From Candidatus Latescibacterota bacterium (GTDB lineage Bacteria > Latescibacterota > UBA2968), in contig OZ242320.1 in assembly GCA_965208125.1 (NCBI GenBank), positions 2,240,001 through 2,304,000 on the forward strand: 64,000 nucleotides of DNA. Reading direction: 5' to 3'. This document shows, piece after piece, positions 48,175 to 57,802 of this stretch. Each line of letters begins with the position of its first letter. Within the stretch, counting starts at the first letter, position 1. The notes under the pieces are model-generated. The model saw only the letters and a program-made list of their open reading frames with translations. It was not told the origin of the DNA and made no database searches. The translations under genes and the position numbers were made by a program.

Positions 48175-49631
48175 GAGATCGCATTTTTGGCATAGAAACC
48201 GAGTATGGGTGTTTGGCGCCCGAGCACGAGGGTTTTGTGAGTCCAGATACGATTTCGGTGAAGGTTAAGGATCACATTTTTCACGTTGACCGAATAGGGA
48301 TTGTGGATATCCACTATCGCGGACGGGATGAACCCCCGGGCAATGGGGGTTTTTTGTTTAATGCGGGGCGGGTTTATATCGATATGGGGCATCTGGAATA
48401 CGCCACGCCGGAGTGTATGGGGTTGTGGGATATTGTGGCTTTTGATCGGGCTGGGGATCTCATTTTGCATCGGGCATTGCACGCGCTGGGGTTGGCTAAG
48501 GAAGCGGCGTTTTTGAAGAATAATATCGATCATTATACGGGTGCGACGTTTGGCTGTCATGAAAATTATCTGGTCAGGCGCAATGTGCCGTTTTCAACGG
48601 TTGTTATTCCCGCGTTGTTGCCGTTTTTGGTGACGCGCCAAATTTTTTGCGGTGCAGGTCGCGTGGGCAGTTATGATGATAGTTTTTATTATTATGGGCA
48701 AAATGTGCGAGATGTCGCCGATCCAGAGGATGCGGTTTCTTTCCAGATTTCTCAGCGTGCCGATCATATTGTGACAGAGATTTATCAGTGGATTCAGTTT
48801 TCTCGCGCGATTATTAATACGCGAGATGAACCGCTGGCCGATCACAGCAAATACCGCCGTTTGCACCTTTTGGTGGGCGATTCGAATATGTCGGAGTATG
48901 CGACGGCTCTGAAGATTGGTACGACTGCGATGGTGCTGAATCTCCTGGAGCGCAAAATTTTTCCTCAGGATGTGGGGCTGGGTGATCCGGTGTGGGCATT
49001 GAAAGAGATTTCGCGGGATCCCACACATAAGTGGATTCTGGACCGGCAGAATGGGCGGTCTATTTCAGCTATTGATATACAGCGCACGTATTTGGATTTG
49101 TCGCAACGCCATTTGAGGGGTTTGGATGCGGAGTCAGATTGGGTGCTGGATGAGTGGGAGCGCACACTTGATGATCTGGAGTCCGATCCGATGCAGTTGA
49201 CAGATCGTCTGGACTGGGTGGCGAAGAAGTGGTTGTTGGATGCGTTTCGCGAGTCGGAGAATTTGAGTTGGAACGATCCGTGGTTGCAGAGTTTGGATTT
49301 GGAGTATCACAATATCGATCCCAATCGCGGGTTGTATTTTGATCTGGTGCAGCAGGGTAAGATGCAGCGGTTGCTGACGGATGAGCGCGTTGAAGAGGCC
49401 TGTGGGACGCCTCCGGCTGATACGCGGGCAAAGGCGCGGGCGGCGATGGTGAGGACGTTGTCGCAAAATCGGGTGCGGTATATTGTGGACTGGGATTCGG
49501 TGTATTTGGAAAATGAATTTCATTTGAGTTTCCGCGATCCGTTTAATACGTACGAAGATGAGGCAGAGGCGTTTTCCGAGGAGGTCGAGATCGCGTCGAA
49601 GATGATGGGGTTGAAAAGAAGTAGGAAGTAG
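48171..49631 (+). CDS. pafA: PafA-family ligase
   Basis: RIFGIETEYG, FL.NAGRVYID.GH.EYATPEC, GCHENY, INTRDEP, DLEYH. Confidence 0.87.
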   Translation: MRDRIFGIETEYGCLAPEHEGFVSPDTISVKVKDHIFHVDRIGIVDIHYRGRDEPPGNGGFLFNAGRVYIDMGHLEYATPECMGLWDIVAFDRAGDLILHRALHALGLAKEAAFLKNNIDHYTGATFGCHENYLVRRNVPFSTVVIPALLPFLVTRQIFCGAGRVGSYDDSFYYYGQNVRDVADPEDAVSFQISQRADHIVTEIYQWIQFSRAIINTRDEPLADHSKYRRLHLLVGDSNMSEYATALKIGTTAMVLNLLERKIFPQDVGLGDPVWALKEISRDPTHKWILDRQNGRSISAIDIQRTYLDLSQRHLRGLDAESDWVLDEWERTLDDLESDPMQLTDRLDWVAKKWLLDAFRESENLSWNDPWLQSLDLEYHNIDPNRGLYFDLVQQGKMQRLLTDERVEEACGTPPADTRAKARAAMVRTLSQNRVRYIVDWDSVYLENEFHLSFRDPFNTYEDEAEAFSEEVEIASKMMGLKRSRK

Positions 49632-49699
49632 GAAGTAGGAAGTAGGAAGTGAGATGTAGGGGCGACCCTTGTGGTCGCCCGTTTTTTTTTTGCGTATGT

Positions 49700-50242
49700 T
49701 TACCGCCTGCTCCTGCCGCCGCGGCGCCCGGAGTAGTGGCGAGAGCTCATGGGCAGGTACGCGCGGGCGATTTTTTGGCTGGCGCGGTCGAGTTTGGTAT
49801 AGTCGAGGATTTTGTAGCGTTTGCGCGTTATGGCGTCGGTGAATACGATTTCGGGAAATGCGTTGAGGTTGAGGTTCTGGTCGCCGCGGATTGTGAAGCT
49901 CATAGGACCCGCATTGGTGTCGATGTCCCAGTCTGTGCCGCCTTCTTTGCTGCTTTCGATGTTGAGTATGGTCTGGATTTTTGGGATGTCGTAGCGGTCT
50001 TTGAGGTGTTCTTCAACGCGTGTCCGGGATTGTGGGTTTAATCCGTCGAGTGTGGGCAAGAGGCCGAGTTCGGTTCCTTCCCGGTCGCGGAGGCTGATCC
50101 ACTGGTCGGGCGTGGAAAAGGGGAAACACCGCACGATGTGATGGATGTGCAGTTCTTCTCCGTCGGCAAAGAGGCACAGGCTGTCGCCGTTTTGACGTAT
50201 GTCAATGGTTTCGGGGATGAGTTGTTGTGTGATGATGTCCAT
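49700..50242 (-). CDS. DUF1854 family protein
   Basis: VRCFPFS.PD..ISL, Y.IP.I..I, W.I.T..G, LDRAS; translationally coupled to the ABC gene. Confidence 0.8.
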   Translation of the reverse strand: MDIITQQLIPETIDIRQNGDSLCLFADGEELHIHHIVRCFPFSTPDQWISLRDREGTELGLLPTLDGLNPQSRTRVEEHLKDRYDIPKIQTILNIESSKEGGTDWDIDTNAGPMSFTIRGDQNLNLNAFPEIVFTDAITRKRYKILDYTKLDRASQKIARAYLPMSSRHYSGRRGGRSRR

Positions 50243-50243
50243 G

Positions 50244-52028
50244 TTACACCTCTTCCAACGCGAATTGCATGTCGCACAGGCGGGCGTATAAGCCGTCGCT
50301 GGCGAGTAGCTGGGCGTGTGTGCCGAATTCGACGATTTTGCCGCGGTCGATGACGTAGAGGCAGTCGGCGCGGCGCACGGTGGATAAGCGGTGGGCGATC
50401 GCAAAGGTGGTGCGGCCTTCCATGAGGCGTTCGAGGGCGTTTTGGATGAGCATTTCGGTTTCGGTATCAACGGAAGATGTGGCTTCGTCCAGGATGAGGA
50501 TGCGCGGGTCGTTGAGGATGGCGCGGGCTATGGAGATGCGCTGTTTTTCGCCGCCGGATAAGCGCACGCCCCGTTCGCCAATGTGGGTATCATAAGCGTC
50601 CGGGAATCCGCAGACGAAGTCGTGGGCGTTGGCCATCATGGCGGCGTTGATGATGTCGGTTTCGGTGGCGTTGAGTTTGCCATAAGCGATGTTTTCGCGG
50701 ATGGTTCCGTTGAAGAGGAATGGTTCTTGTAAGACCATGCCGATTTGGCTGCGCAGGGATGCGCGTTGCATGTTTTTGAGGTCATGACCGTCAACGCACA
50801 CGGTGCCAGAGTCGGGGTCGTAGAAGCGGCAGATGAGGTTGATGATGGTGGTTTTGCCCGCGCCGCTGGGTCCGACGAGGCCGATGAGTTGGCCGGGTTG
50901 TGCGATGAGGGATACGCCATAGAGGACAGGGGGTCCGTGTTCGTAGGCAAAGGTGACGTTTTGAAATTCAACGCGGCCGTTCAGGCGGTCAAAGGGGAGG
51001 GCGTTGGGGGTGTCTTTTATTTCGGGTTGGGTGTCCAGGATTTCAAAGATGCGACGCGCTGAGGCGGCTGCGCGCACGATGGTGTCGTTGATGCGGGTGA
51101 GGCTTTCTACGGGGCCGTAGAAGCGCCAGAGAAAGCTTTGAAAGGCGAAGAGGGTGCCGATGGTGAGGTCGCCCGAGATGATTTGTCGCCCGCCAAAGAG
51201 GAGGACGAGGAGGGGCCCCATGGAGATGATGAATCGGGTGAGGGGAAAGAAGGCGACGCGGGTTTTGATGATGGTGATGCTGATGTTGAGGAAGGCTTTG
51301 CATTTTTGGGTGAAGCGAGAGAGTTCGTGGCCTTCGCGGGCAAAGCATTTGATGACGCGGATGCCCGAGAGGTTGTCTTGCAATAGGGCGCTGATGTCGG
51401 CTATGCGTTCGCGCGCCATGGTGTAATAGGGGCGTATGGTGCGGTTGTAGAAGATGATGAGGATGCTGTATATGGGCATGGGCAACAGGGTGATGAGGGC
51501 GAGTTCAAAGCTGAGGCCAAAGAGGATGCTGCCGTAGATGACGATGGTTGCGATATTGACGAGTACGCGTTCCAGGGTGTCTGTGACGGTGTATTGGAGG
51601 GATTCGACGTCGGCGGTTACGCGCGACATGAGTTCGCCAGTGCTGCGGTCGTTGTAAAAGCGCAGCCCCAGGTGCTGGAGGTGGTCATAGACCTGGACGC
51701 GGAGGCTGAAGAGGATGTCCTGACCCGTTCGGTTGAGTAAGTAGCGGTTGATGAAGCTGAAGATGGTGTGGAGGATATAGACGCCGAGGAGGAGCAGGGC
51801 GTAGAATTGGAGGCGGTCGAAGTCGGCTGCGATTTTTGTGTCGGAGAAGTCGCTGCCAATATAATTCCCTTCTGAGAAGTAGGGGGTTAATATGTTGTCG
51901 ATGACTTCGCGCATGAGCAGGGGTTGCGCGGCATCCAGGCCGATCATGACGAGGGTGGCGCCGATGCCGATGCACACGCGGCCCAGGTAAGGGCGAACAT
52001 AGGTGACGAGGCGGAGGAAGACGTTCAT
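50244..52028 (-). CDS. ABC exporter, fused TM and ATPase
   Basis: GPSGAGKT, LSGGEKQR, ILDEATS; true start MNVFLRL at 52028. Confidence 0.93.
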   Translation of the reverse strand: MNVFLRLVTYVRPYLGRVCIGIGATLVMIGLDAAQPLLMREVIDNILTPYFSEGNYIGSDFSDTKIAADFDRLQFYALLLLGVYILHTIFSFINRYLLNRTGQDILFSLRVQVYDHLQHLGLRFYNDRSTGELMSRVTADVESLQYTVTDTLERVLVNIATIVIYGSILFGLSFELALITLLPMPIYSILIIFYNRTIRPYYTMARERIADISALLQDNLSGIRVIKCFAREGHELSRFTQKCKAFLNISITIIKTRVAFFPLTRFIISMGPLLVLLFGGRQIISGDLTIGTLFAFQSFLWRFYGPVESLTRINDTIVRAAASARRIFEILDTQPEIKDTPNALPFDRLNGRVEFQNVTFAYEHGPPVLYGVSLIAQPGQLIGLVGPSGAGKTTIINLICRFYDPDSGTVCVDGHDLKNMQRASLRSQIGMVLQEPFLFNGTIRENIAYGKLNATETDIINAAMMANAHDFVCGFPDAYDTHIGERGVRLSGGEKQRISIARAILNDPRILILDEATSSVDTETEMLIQNALERLMEGRTTFAIAHRLSTVRRADCLYVIDRGKIVEFGTHAQLLASDGLYARLCDMQFALEEV

Positions 52029-52030
52029 GG

Positions 52031-52188
52031 GAAGGTTGAAGGTTGAAGTGTGAAGGTTGAAGTGTGTAGGGGCGAGGCATGCCTCGCCCGTCATCGCGGC
52101 AGGGTGTAAGCCGCGATCCAGTATGTTGTAGGGGCGACCGTGAACTGGTCTGGACTGCGACCAGTTGTACACCGCCCGTGGTCGCCCG
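52031..52188 (+). repeat. Composite stack: heptamers, REP, GTCAT hairpin, and a REP interrupted by another hairpin
   Basis: gaaggtt/gaagtgt units; gtaggggcgaggcatgcctcgccc; gtcatcgcggc..gccgcgatccag; gtaggggcgacc[..aactggtc..gaccagtt..]gtggtcgccc. Confidence 0.82.
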
Positions 52189-52192
52189 TTTG

Positions 52193-52816
52193 TTACGCGT
52201 TGACAATTTCATCCGTTGATACGATTTCAACGCCCTGTTGTTGCCATTCGGCTACCATGCGGTCGCCGCGTTCGGGGTCGATGGCTTGTGCGGCGTCCAG
52301 GACGAGCTGTATGGGCGCTGTGTTGCGTTTTAAGAAGCCGTTGATTGCATAAGCGTTGCAGACGTCGAGGGCTACGCCGTAAAGGACGATGCGGTCGGGT
52401 TTGACGGCGTTGAGTACGGGTTCGACGTTGGGGTTGGTGAAGACGTCAAAGCGCTGTTTGCGAAAGATGATTTCACCGCTGTGTTTTTGTACCTGGCTGA
52501 TGAGGTCGCCCGGGGCGTCCGGGTCGATCCAGAGGGGGTTTTGCGGTTGGGTTTCAGGTACTTTTTTTTGTCCAGAGGTTCCAGCTATGCAGTGGGGGGG
52601 AAAGGTTTCTCGATAGTCCGGGTTGTCGGAGATTTCAGGGTCGGCCATCTGGTGGTTGTCAACCGATCCGAATATGGGGATGCCCCGTTGTCTGGCATAG
52701 TCTGTGAGTTTTTTGAGGTTTGGCAAGCGTTTTTCCGATGCGGTGACGTAGAGTTTTCCGTCGGGCATGATGAAGTCGTATTGGGTATCGACATCCCAGA
52801 ATATGACGCCGGGCAT
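52193..52816 (-). CDS. Isochorismatase/nicotinamidase-family cysteine hydrolase
   Basis: VDTQYDF, FPPHC..GT.G, K..FD, GVALDVC. Confidence 0.88.
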   Translation of the reverse strand: MPGVIFWDVDTQYDFIMPDGKLYVTASEKRLPNLKKLTDYARQRGIPIFGSVDNHQMADPEISDNPDYRETFPPHCIAGTSGQKKVPETQPQNPLWIDPDAPGDLISQVQKHSGEIIFRKQRFDVFTNPNVEPVLNAVKPDRIVLYGVALDVCNAYAINGFLKRNTAPIQLVLDAAQAIDPERGDRMVAEWQQQGVEIVSTDEIVNA

Positions 52817-52829
52817 GGAGTACTCCTTT

Positions 52830-54032
52830 TTAATACAAAAAGTATTTTTCCCTCACAGTAGCGAATTTCTCCAGTCCCACCTCCCACTGCTCCCATATTT
52901 CCCGCGCGCCTTCGCCTTTTAAGAGGGCTTTGCGTACGGTGCTGGTTCCCATGGCCTGGTCAAAGCGTTTATACCGGTCTTTTGGGATTTTGAATTCGGG
53001 ATATGTTGCCACGAGATGGGCGAGTATAGATATTTCTGTGCGCGTTGGGCGAAAGGCGATGGGGTCTGTTATGTGCAGGAATATAGCCTGTACTTTTTTG
53101 TTTCGAAAGAGCCATGTGTCGGGTTCAAATATTATGGGTTGAAATTCTATGCCGGGCAGTTGCAGGGCGTTCAGGTCGCGGGCTGTTTTTTCCGCGTTTA
53201 TCCACGGCGCACCGACGATTTGAAAGGGCATGTCGGTTCCTATGCCGATGTGCAAGGTTCCCAATGTGCCAATGGTTCCGGTTGCGGCAAAGGTTATGGC
53301 AGATTCGGGCGATGGGATATTGGGCGATGGCTCGATCCAGTCGCGTCCGATGTCCGGCCAGCGCGTGTTGCGCTGGTAGCCTTCCAGGGGGACGACGGTG
53401 AGGGAGCAGGCGAGCAGGTGTTCGCGGTTGAGGTATCGGGCGAGTTCGCCTGCGGTGAGTCCATACGCGCGGGGTACTGGATATAGGCCCGCGACTAAGG
53501 ATAGCCATTTTTTTTCGCTTATGGGTCCATCTACGGTTAGTCCGCCGAGGGGATTGGGACGGTCGAGGACGATGACGCGTTTGTTGTGTTCGCCCGCGGC
53601 TTTTATGATTTTGGTCAGGCTCCAGATGTAGGTGTAGGCTCTGCTGCCCACGTCCTGCATGTCGTAGATCACAACGTCGATTTTGTCCAGTGCGGATTGC
53701 AGGGAGCGGCCGCTTCCGTAGAGGGAATATACGGGCAGGCTGTCCATTTGCGTGTCGCGCACGTGTTCGCCAGCTTTTTCTTGTCCTTTGATTCCGTGTT
53801 CAAATGCAAATAGGGCGACGAGATTTACGTCGGGATGCTGCTGAAGGGCGGCGATTGTTGAGATGCCTGTTTTTGTGCGTCCCGTGCGGTTGGTGATCAG
53901 TCCGACCCGTGCATCTACTACCAGATGGATGTGGTTTTCCAGGAATACATCTACGCCCATTTGTACTTGTGTTGCTGGAACAGATGTTGCGAAGGATAAA
54001 AGAAAGAGTATGGAGGTACACAATCTACCCAT
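52830..54032 (-). CDS. DUF1343 / exo-beta-N-acetylmuramidase NamZ-like protein
   Basis: GLITN.TG, EHG, SLYG, D.QDVG.R.YTY, LDRPNP, PSPN. Confidence 0.88.
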   Translation of the reverse strand: MGRLCTSILFLLSFATSVPATQVQMGVDVFLENHIHLVVDARVGLITNRTGRTKTGISTIAALQQHPDVNLVALFAFEHGIKGQEKAGEHVRDTQMDSLPVYSLYGSGRSLQSALDKIDVVIYDMQDVGSRAYTYIWSLTKIIKAAGEHNKRVIVLDRPNPLGGLTVDGPISEKKWLSLVAGLYPVPRAYGLTAGELARYLNREHLLACSLTVVPLEGYQRNTRWPDIGRDWIEPSPNIPSPESAITFAATGTIGTLGTLHIGIGTDMPFQIVGAPWINAEKTARDLNALQLPGIEFQPIIFEPDTWLFRNKKVQAIFLHITDPIAFRPTRTEISILAHLVATYPEFKIPKDRYKRFDQAMGTSTVRKALLKGEGAREIWEQWEVGLEKFATVREKYFLY

Positions 54033-54112
54033 TTTTACGCTTTCAGATAAAAAATGGGCAGTTGCACACATGCGACTGCCCATCTTGTTATATCAATCCG
54101 TTTTTGCTTTTT

Positions 54113-54328
54113 TTAATGCTCGGTTTCAACAGTTTGTGCCAGTTTTTTCCATTTGCCAAAGGCTTTCCAGTTGATGGTTTCGCGTTCGCCATTGCAATTT
54201 AAGATGCCTGCTTGCAAATATTCTCTGATTCGTCTTTTAACCTGTTGGGGAGAAATGTTCAGTTGTGTCGCAGCAACGTCTTCGCCAATCCCAGCCGCCA
54301 GCAGTTTTAACAGTGCCGCGTCGTCCAT
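54113..54328 (-). CDS. Small HTH protein
   Basis: LLKLLAAG..EDVAA.QLNISPQQVKRRI resembles a LuxR-like HTH. Confidence 0.55.
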   Translation of the reverse strand: MDDAALLKLLAAGIGEDVAATQLNISPQQVKRRIREYLQAGILNCNGERETINWKAFGKWKKLAQTVETEH

Positions 54329-54456
54329 GGCAGGGTTCCTTTTGAGAATTAAAAATTAGGGAGCGGGGTACAACTGGTCCAGGCCAGTTCATTAAGAATT
54401 AAGGACAAGTGCAATATAGCCATTCTTCACTTATATGCAAGGCAAATTGTAAAGGA

Positions 54457-54551
54457 GCTATCAGCTATCAGCTTTCAATCCCCCGCCCGACCACCCAAAG
54501 GCAAATACCTCGCTTGTTTTGCTGACTGCTGATCGCTGACCGCTGATCGCT
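54457..54551. repeat. Inverted heptamer arrays (GCTATCA vs GCTGAYC)
   Basis: gctatcagctatcagctttca ... gctgactgctgatcgctgaccgctgatcgc. Confidence 0.7.
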
Positions 54552-55981
54552 CATATTCCCGGCAAGGGCGCGTGGTCGTTTGTTTCGTGTTGCCACAGGC
54601 GAATGCGGGCTGCGATTTCCCGCGCCCGGTCGCGGTGCGCAGGGTCGTCATAGAGGTTGGTTTCTTCATAGGGGTCGTTGTTCAGGTCGAATAGTTCGCA
54701 CTGGTCGCCAGCACATAAGTTGAGTTTCCACCGGTCTCCAGTTACGGCACAGCGCCAGGGCAAGGTGGCCATGAGGTTGATTTTTGGGTTGCCCAGGTTG
54801 CGGTCGCCAATGCCGTTCCATTCCATGAATGCGGTGTGGTCGCGCAGGTCGGCTTCGCCGTTTAAGACGTCGGCACACGGGCGGCCCGGGAGGGTTTCTA
54901 ATAGTGGCTGGTTGGCGAGTTCCACAAGGGTGGCGATGAGGTCCGCGTGTCCAAAGACGCCGTCGATGCGCTTTTGCGATTGGGTGAGCCACGGGACGCT
55001 TAAGATCATGGGGACGCGCGCAGATTCTTCGTAGAATGCGCGTTTTTCGAACATGGCGTGGTCGCCCGCCATTTCGCCGTGGTCGCTGGTGACGGCAAAG
55101 ATGGTGTTTTCCATTTGTCCGGTTTCTTCCAGTGCCTGTACCATGCGGCCTATGGCGTCGTCGATGATTTTTACGTTGCCGTAGTATTGCGCCCGCAGTT
55201 TTCGCCAGGAATGTTCCTGTCGCATGTCCTGGCCTTCAACCCTGTTGCTGAGGTAGTGTTCTGCACGCGCGCGGTTGAACAGGGCGTGTCCTTCTGGTTT
55301 TTTGATGAAGGTGGGACCTACGGGTAGGGCATCGGGGTCGTACATGCCGTCGTAGGGTCCGGTCATTGGGGGGTGTGGCTCAAATGTGCTGAATACGAGG
55401 AGCCAGGGGCGGTCTGTGTTTTCCCGGATGAATCGCTCGGAGTGGTTGGCGATGAAGGTGCCCATCTGGTATTCTGCGGGGAGTTGAGATCGCTGGCGCG
55501 GTGAGAAGATGATTTCTCCGGTGGCGCTGTTGTTTTGGGGTTCTATGCCCTGTTCTTTCATCCAGTAGTAATAGCTGCTGAAGGGCAGGCCGGGGCGGGA
55601 GTATTTGTTGCGGTGGTCGTCTTCTGTGCTGATCCATTCGTCAAAGCCGTGCTGTCTCACGGAGTCGTCACCGAGGTGCCATTTGCCGAACATGGCTTTT
55701 CGGTAGGTGTCGGGTAGCATTTCTGCGATGGATGGGATTTCGTCGCGCAAGATGTCCCGGTTGACCATGCATTCGTGGTTGTGCGGGTAGAGGCCCGTCA
55801 TTAAGGAGCCGCGCGCAGGGGTGCATACGGGCTGTGTGACGTAGGTGTTTTCAAAGACGAAGCTGCGTTCTGCCAATGCGTCTTGATGCGGCGATTGTAT
55901 CCAGTCGTTGCCGTAACATTTCAAGGTGTCTGTCCGCTGTTGGTCGCTGATGAAGAGCAGGATGTTCGGTTGTTCTGGCAT
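54551..55981 (-). CDS. Cys-type sulfatase
   Basis: PNIL..SDQ, CTPAR, GKWHL, TSDHGE, DPYE..NL. Confidence 0.94.
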   Translation of the reverse strand: MPEQPNILLFISDQQRTDTLKCYGNDWIQSPHQDALAERSFVFENTYVTQPVCTPARGSLMTGLYPHNHECMVNRDILRDEIPSIAEMLPDTYRKAMFGKWHLGDDSVRQHGFDEWISTEDDHRNKYSRPGLPFSSYYYWMKEQGIEPQNNSATGEIIFSPRQRSQLPAEYQMGTFIANHSERFIRENTDRPWLLVFSTFEPHPPMTGPYDGMYDPDALPVGPTFIKKPEGHALFNRARAEHYLSNRVEGQDMRQEHSWRKLRAQYYGNVKIIDDAIGRMVQALEETGQMENTIFAVTSDHGEMAGDHAMFEKRAFYEESARVPMILSVPWLTQSQKRIDGVFGHADLIATLVELANQPLLETLPGRPCADVLNGEADLRDHTAFMEWNGIGDRNLGNPKINLMATLPWRCAVTGDRWKLNLCAGDQCELFDLNNDPYEETNLYDDPAHRDRAREIAARIRLWQHETNDHAPLPGI

Positions 55982-55985
55982 GCGG

Positions 55986-57140
55986 TTACTCCTTTTTGTG
56001 GGTGAGGTAATTCGACCAGTTGCAAATGCGAATATTGCTGTAATCGGGTAGTGATTCTCCCTGATAGATCAGTGTCGCTGTGTCGGCCTGAGAAGCGAGT
56101 GTGTTGAGTGTTTTTATCAGGCGAGGTCGGAAGGTCGCGGTTTTTTTTATTTCGACAAAATGACGGGTTTGTCCCGTGTCAATAACGAGATCGATTTCTA
56201 CCCCATGACTGGTTCGGTAAAAATAAAGTTCGGCACGTTGGTTGGTGTGTTTGTGGTGCTTGAGTATTTGAGATAGGATGTAATTTTCAAAGAGCGCACC
56301 AGCCATCGGTCCGCGGTCATACATTTCTTCAGTCCGGATGCCCGTAAGGGCGGACACCAATCCCGTGTCGTAAAAATATATTTTTGGGCGTTTGATAACC
56401 CGTTTGCCGAAGTTCCGAAAATAAGGGGGTAAGAGAAAGATGACATAAGACATTTCTAATATGGAAATCCACCGTTTGATCGTGGGCATTGTTACGCCGA
56501 GGTCACTGGCGAGGCGAGACATATTGAGAAACTGGGCCGTATTTGCCGCGAGTAACTGGATCAAGTTCCGAAAATCGCGCAGATTGCCAATTTGTGCCAC
56601 GTCCCGCACATCGCGTGCAAGGTAGGTTTCGATATAGGAGGCATACCAGTCGTCGGCATTGCGATAATGGCGCGTGACCAGTTCGGGATAACAGCCTCGC
56701 CATATCGCTGTTTCACAAAGTGCTTTGGGCAATTCCCGATGATCAAAGGGGAGAAGTGATAATAGACCAATGCGCCCTGCCAAACTGTCCGCTACATTTT
56801 GCATGAGCAAAAATTGGCTGGATCCGGTGAGCACAAATTTGCCATAGGTGTTGCGGTCTCGATCAACGGCGAGCTTGATGTGGTTGAATAGTTCGGGGGC
56901 TTTTTGAACTTCGTCAAATATAACGCGGTGGTGATACATTTGCATAAATTTTTCGGGGTCGTCTTCAAATAACGCCAGTTGTCTTATGTCGTCAAAGGTG
57001 ACGTATGTGTAAGCATCGCGCAGTACCTGCTGGAGGAGCGTGGATTTTCCAGATTGCCGAGGTCCTGTGATGCCGACCACAGGGAATGCATTGAGATAGT
57101 CGGACAGGACGGGTTCAATTTGTCGAGGACGATAATTCAT
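55986..57140 (-). CDS. AAA_14 ATPase with DUF4143 domain
   Basis: GPRQSGKST, FDEVQ, LTGS, K.PKIYFYDTG, EID, EIK. Confidence 0.9.
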   Translation of the reverse strand: MNYRPRQIEPVLSDYLNAFPVVGITGPRQSGKSTLLQQVLRDAYTYVTFDDIRQLALFEDDPEKFMQMYHHRVIFDEVQKAPELFNHIKLAVDRDRNTYGKFVLTGSSQFLLMQNVADSLAGRIGLLSLLPFDHRELPKALCETAIWRGCYPELVTRHYRNADDWYASYIETYLARDVRDVAQIGNLRDFRNLIQLLAANTAQFLNMSRLASDLGVTMPTIKRWISILEMSYVIFLLPPYFRNFGKRVIKRPKIYFYDTGLVSALTGIRTEEMYDRGPMAGALFENYILSQILKHHKHTNQRAELYFYRTSHGVEIDLVIDTGQTRHFVEIKKTATFRPRLIKTLNTLASQADTATLIYQGESLPDYSNIRICNWSNYLTHKKE

Positions 57141-57211
57141 AAGCGCGTTTTTTGTGTAAATTTAAAATGCCAAATTAAATTTACACAAAAAATGATTCCA
57201 TATCAAGGGTC

Positions 57212-57802
57212 ATGTTTTGTCGCCTGCTATGCGGATTATTGTTTATATTGTGTAGTCCATTTTTTCAGGAGAACATTTTGCAGGTTTTAAGAATATATAT
57301 CCGATTTGTCGATGGTTTAAATGAGCGCGTTGGGCGTGTTGTCTCGTGGCTTACCGCTGTGCTGGTGGCGGTGGTGTGTTACGATGTTTTTACCCGCTAT
57401 TTGTTGAAGAATAGCCTGGTGGCTGTTCAGGAGTTGGAATGGCATTTGTTCGGGCTTATTTTTCTTTTGGGTGCGGCGTATTCGCTCAAGCACGATCAAC
57501 ACGTGCGCGTGGATGTGTTCTATAGCCGGTTTTCCGCTCGTAAGAAGGCGTGGGTGAATCTGGTTGGTAGCGTTCTGTTTTTGATTCCTTTTTGCATTAT
57601 TGTGATTGTGAGTTCACAGTATTTTGTGGTTAGTGCTTTTCACATTGGGGAGACATCACCCAATCCGGGGGGGCTGCCCGCTCGATGGGTGCTCAAGGCG
57701 GCTATTCCTTTCGGTTTTGTTCTGCTTTTGCTACAGGGACTAAGTCTGGCGTGTCGGTCTTTGCTCTCCGTCCTGGGGCACAATGAGGAGGTGGATGGAT
57801 GA
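57212..57802 (+). CDS. dctQ: TRAP transporter small subunit (start uncertain)
   Basis: ELEWHL, HVRVD, GETSPNPGGLP. Confidence 0.9.
   Translation: MFCRLLCGLLFILCSPFFQENILQVLRIYIRFVDGLNERVGRVVSWLTAVLVAVVCYDVFTRYLLKNSLVAVQELEWHLFGLIFLLGAAYSLKHDQHVRVDVFYSRFSARKKAWVNLVGSVLFLIPFCIIVIVSSQYFVVSAFHIGETSPNPGGLPARWVLKAAIPFGFVLLLLQGLSLACRSLLSVLGHNEEVDG

Noticed and set aside
52029-52172. N-terminal extension of the ABC ORF (similar cases at rplY, hppA, the DUF1343 gene and yefM)
   Set aside because: The extensions are translations of intergenic repeats or overlap upstream genes; better starts lie downstream
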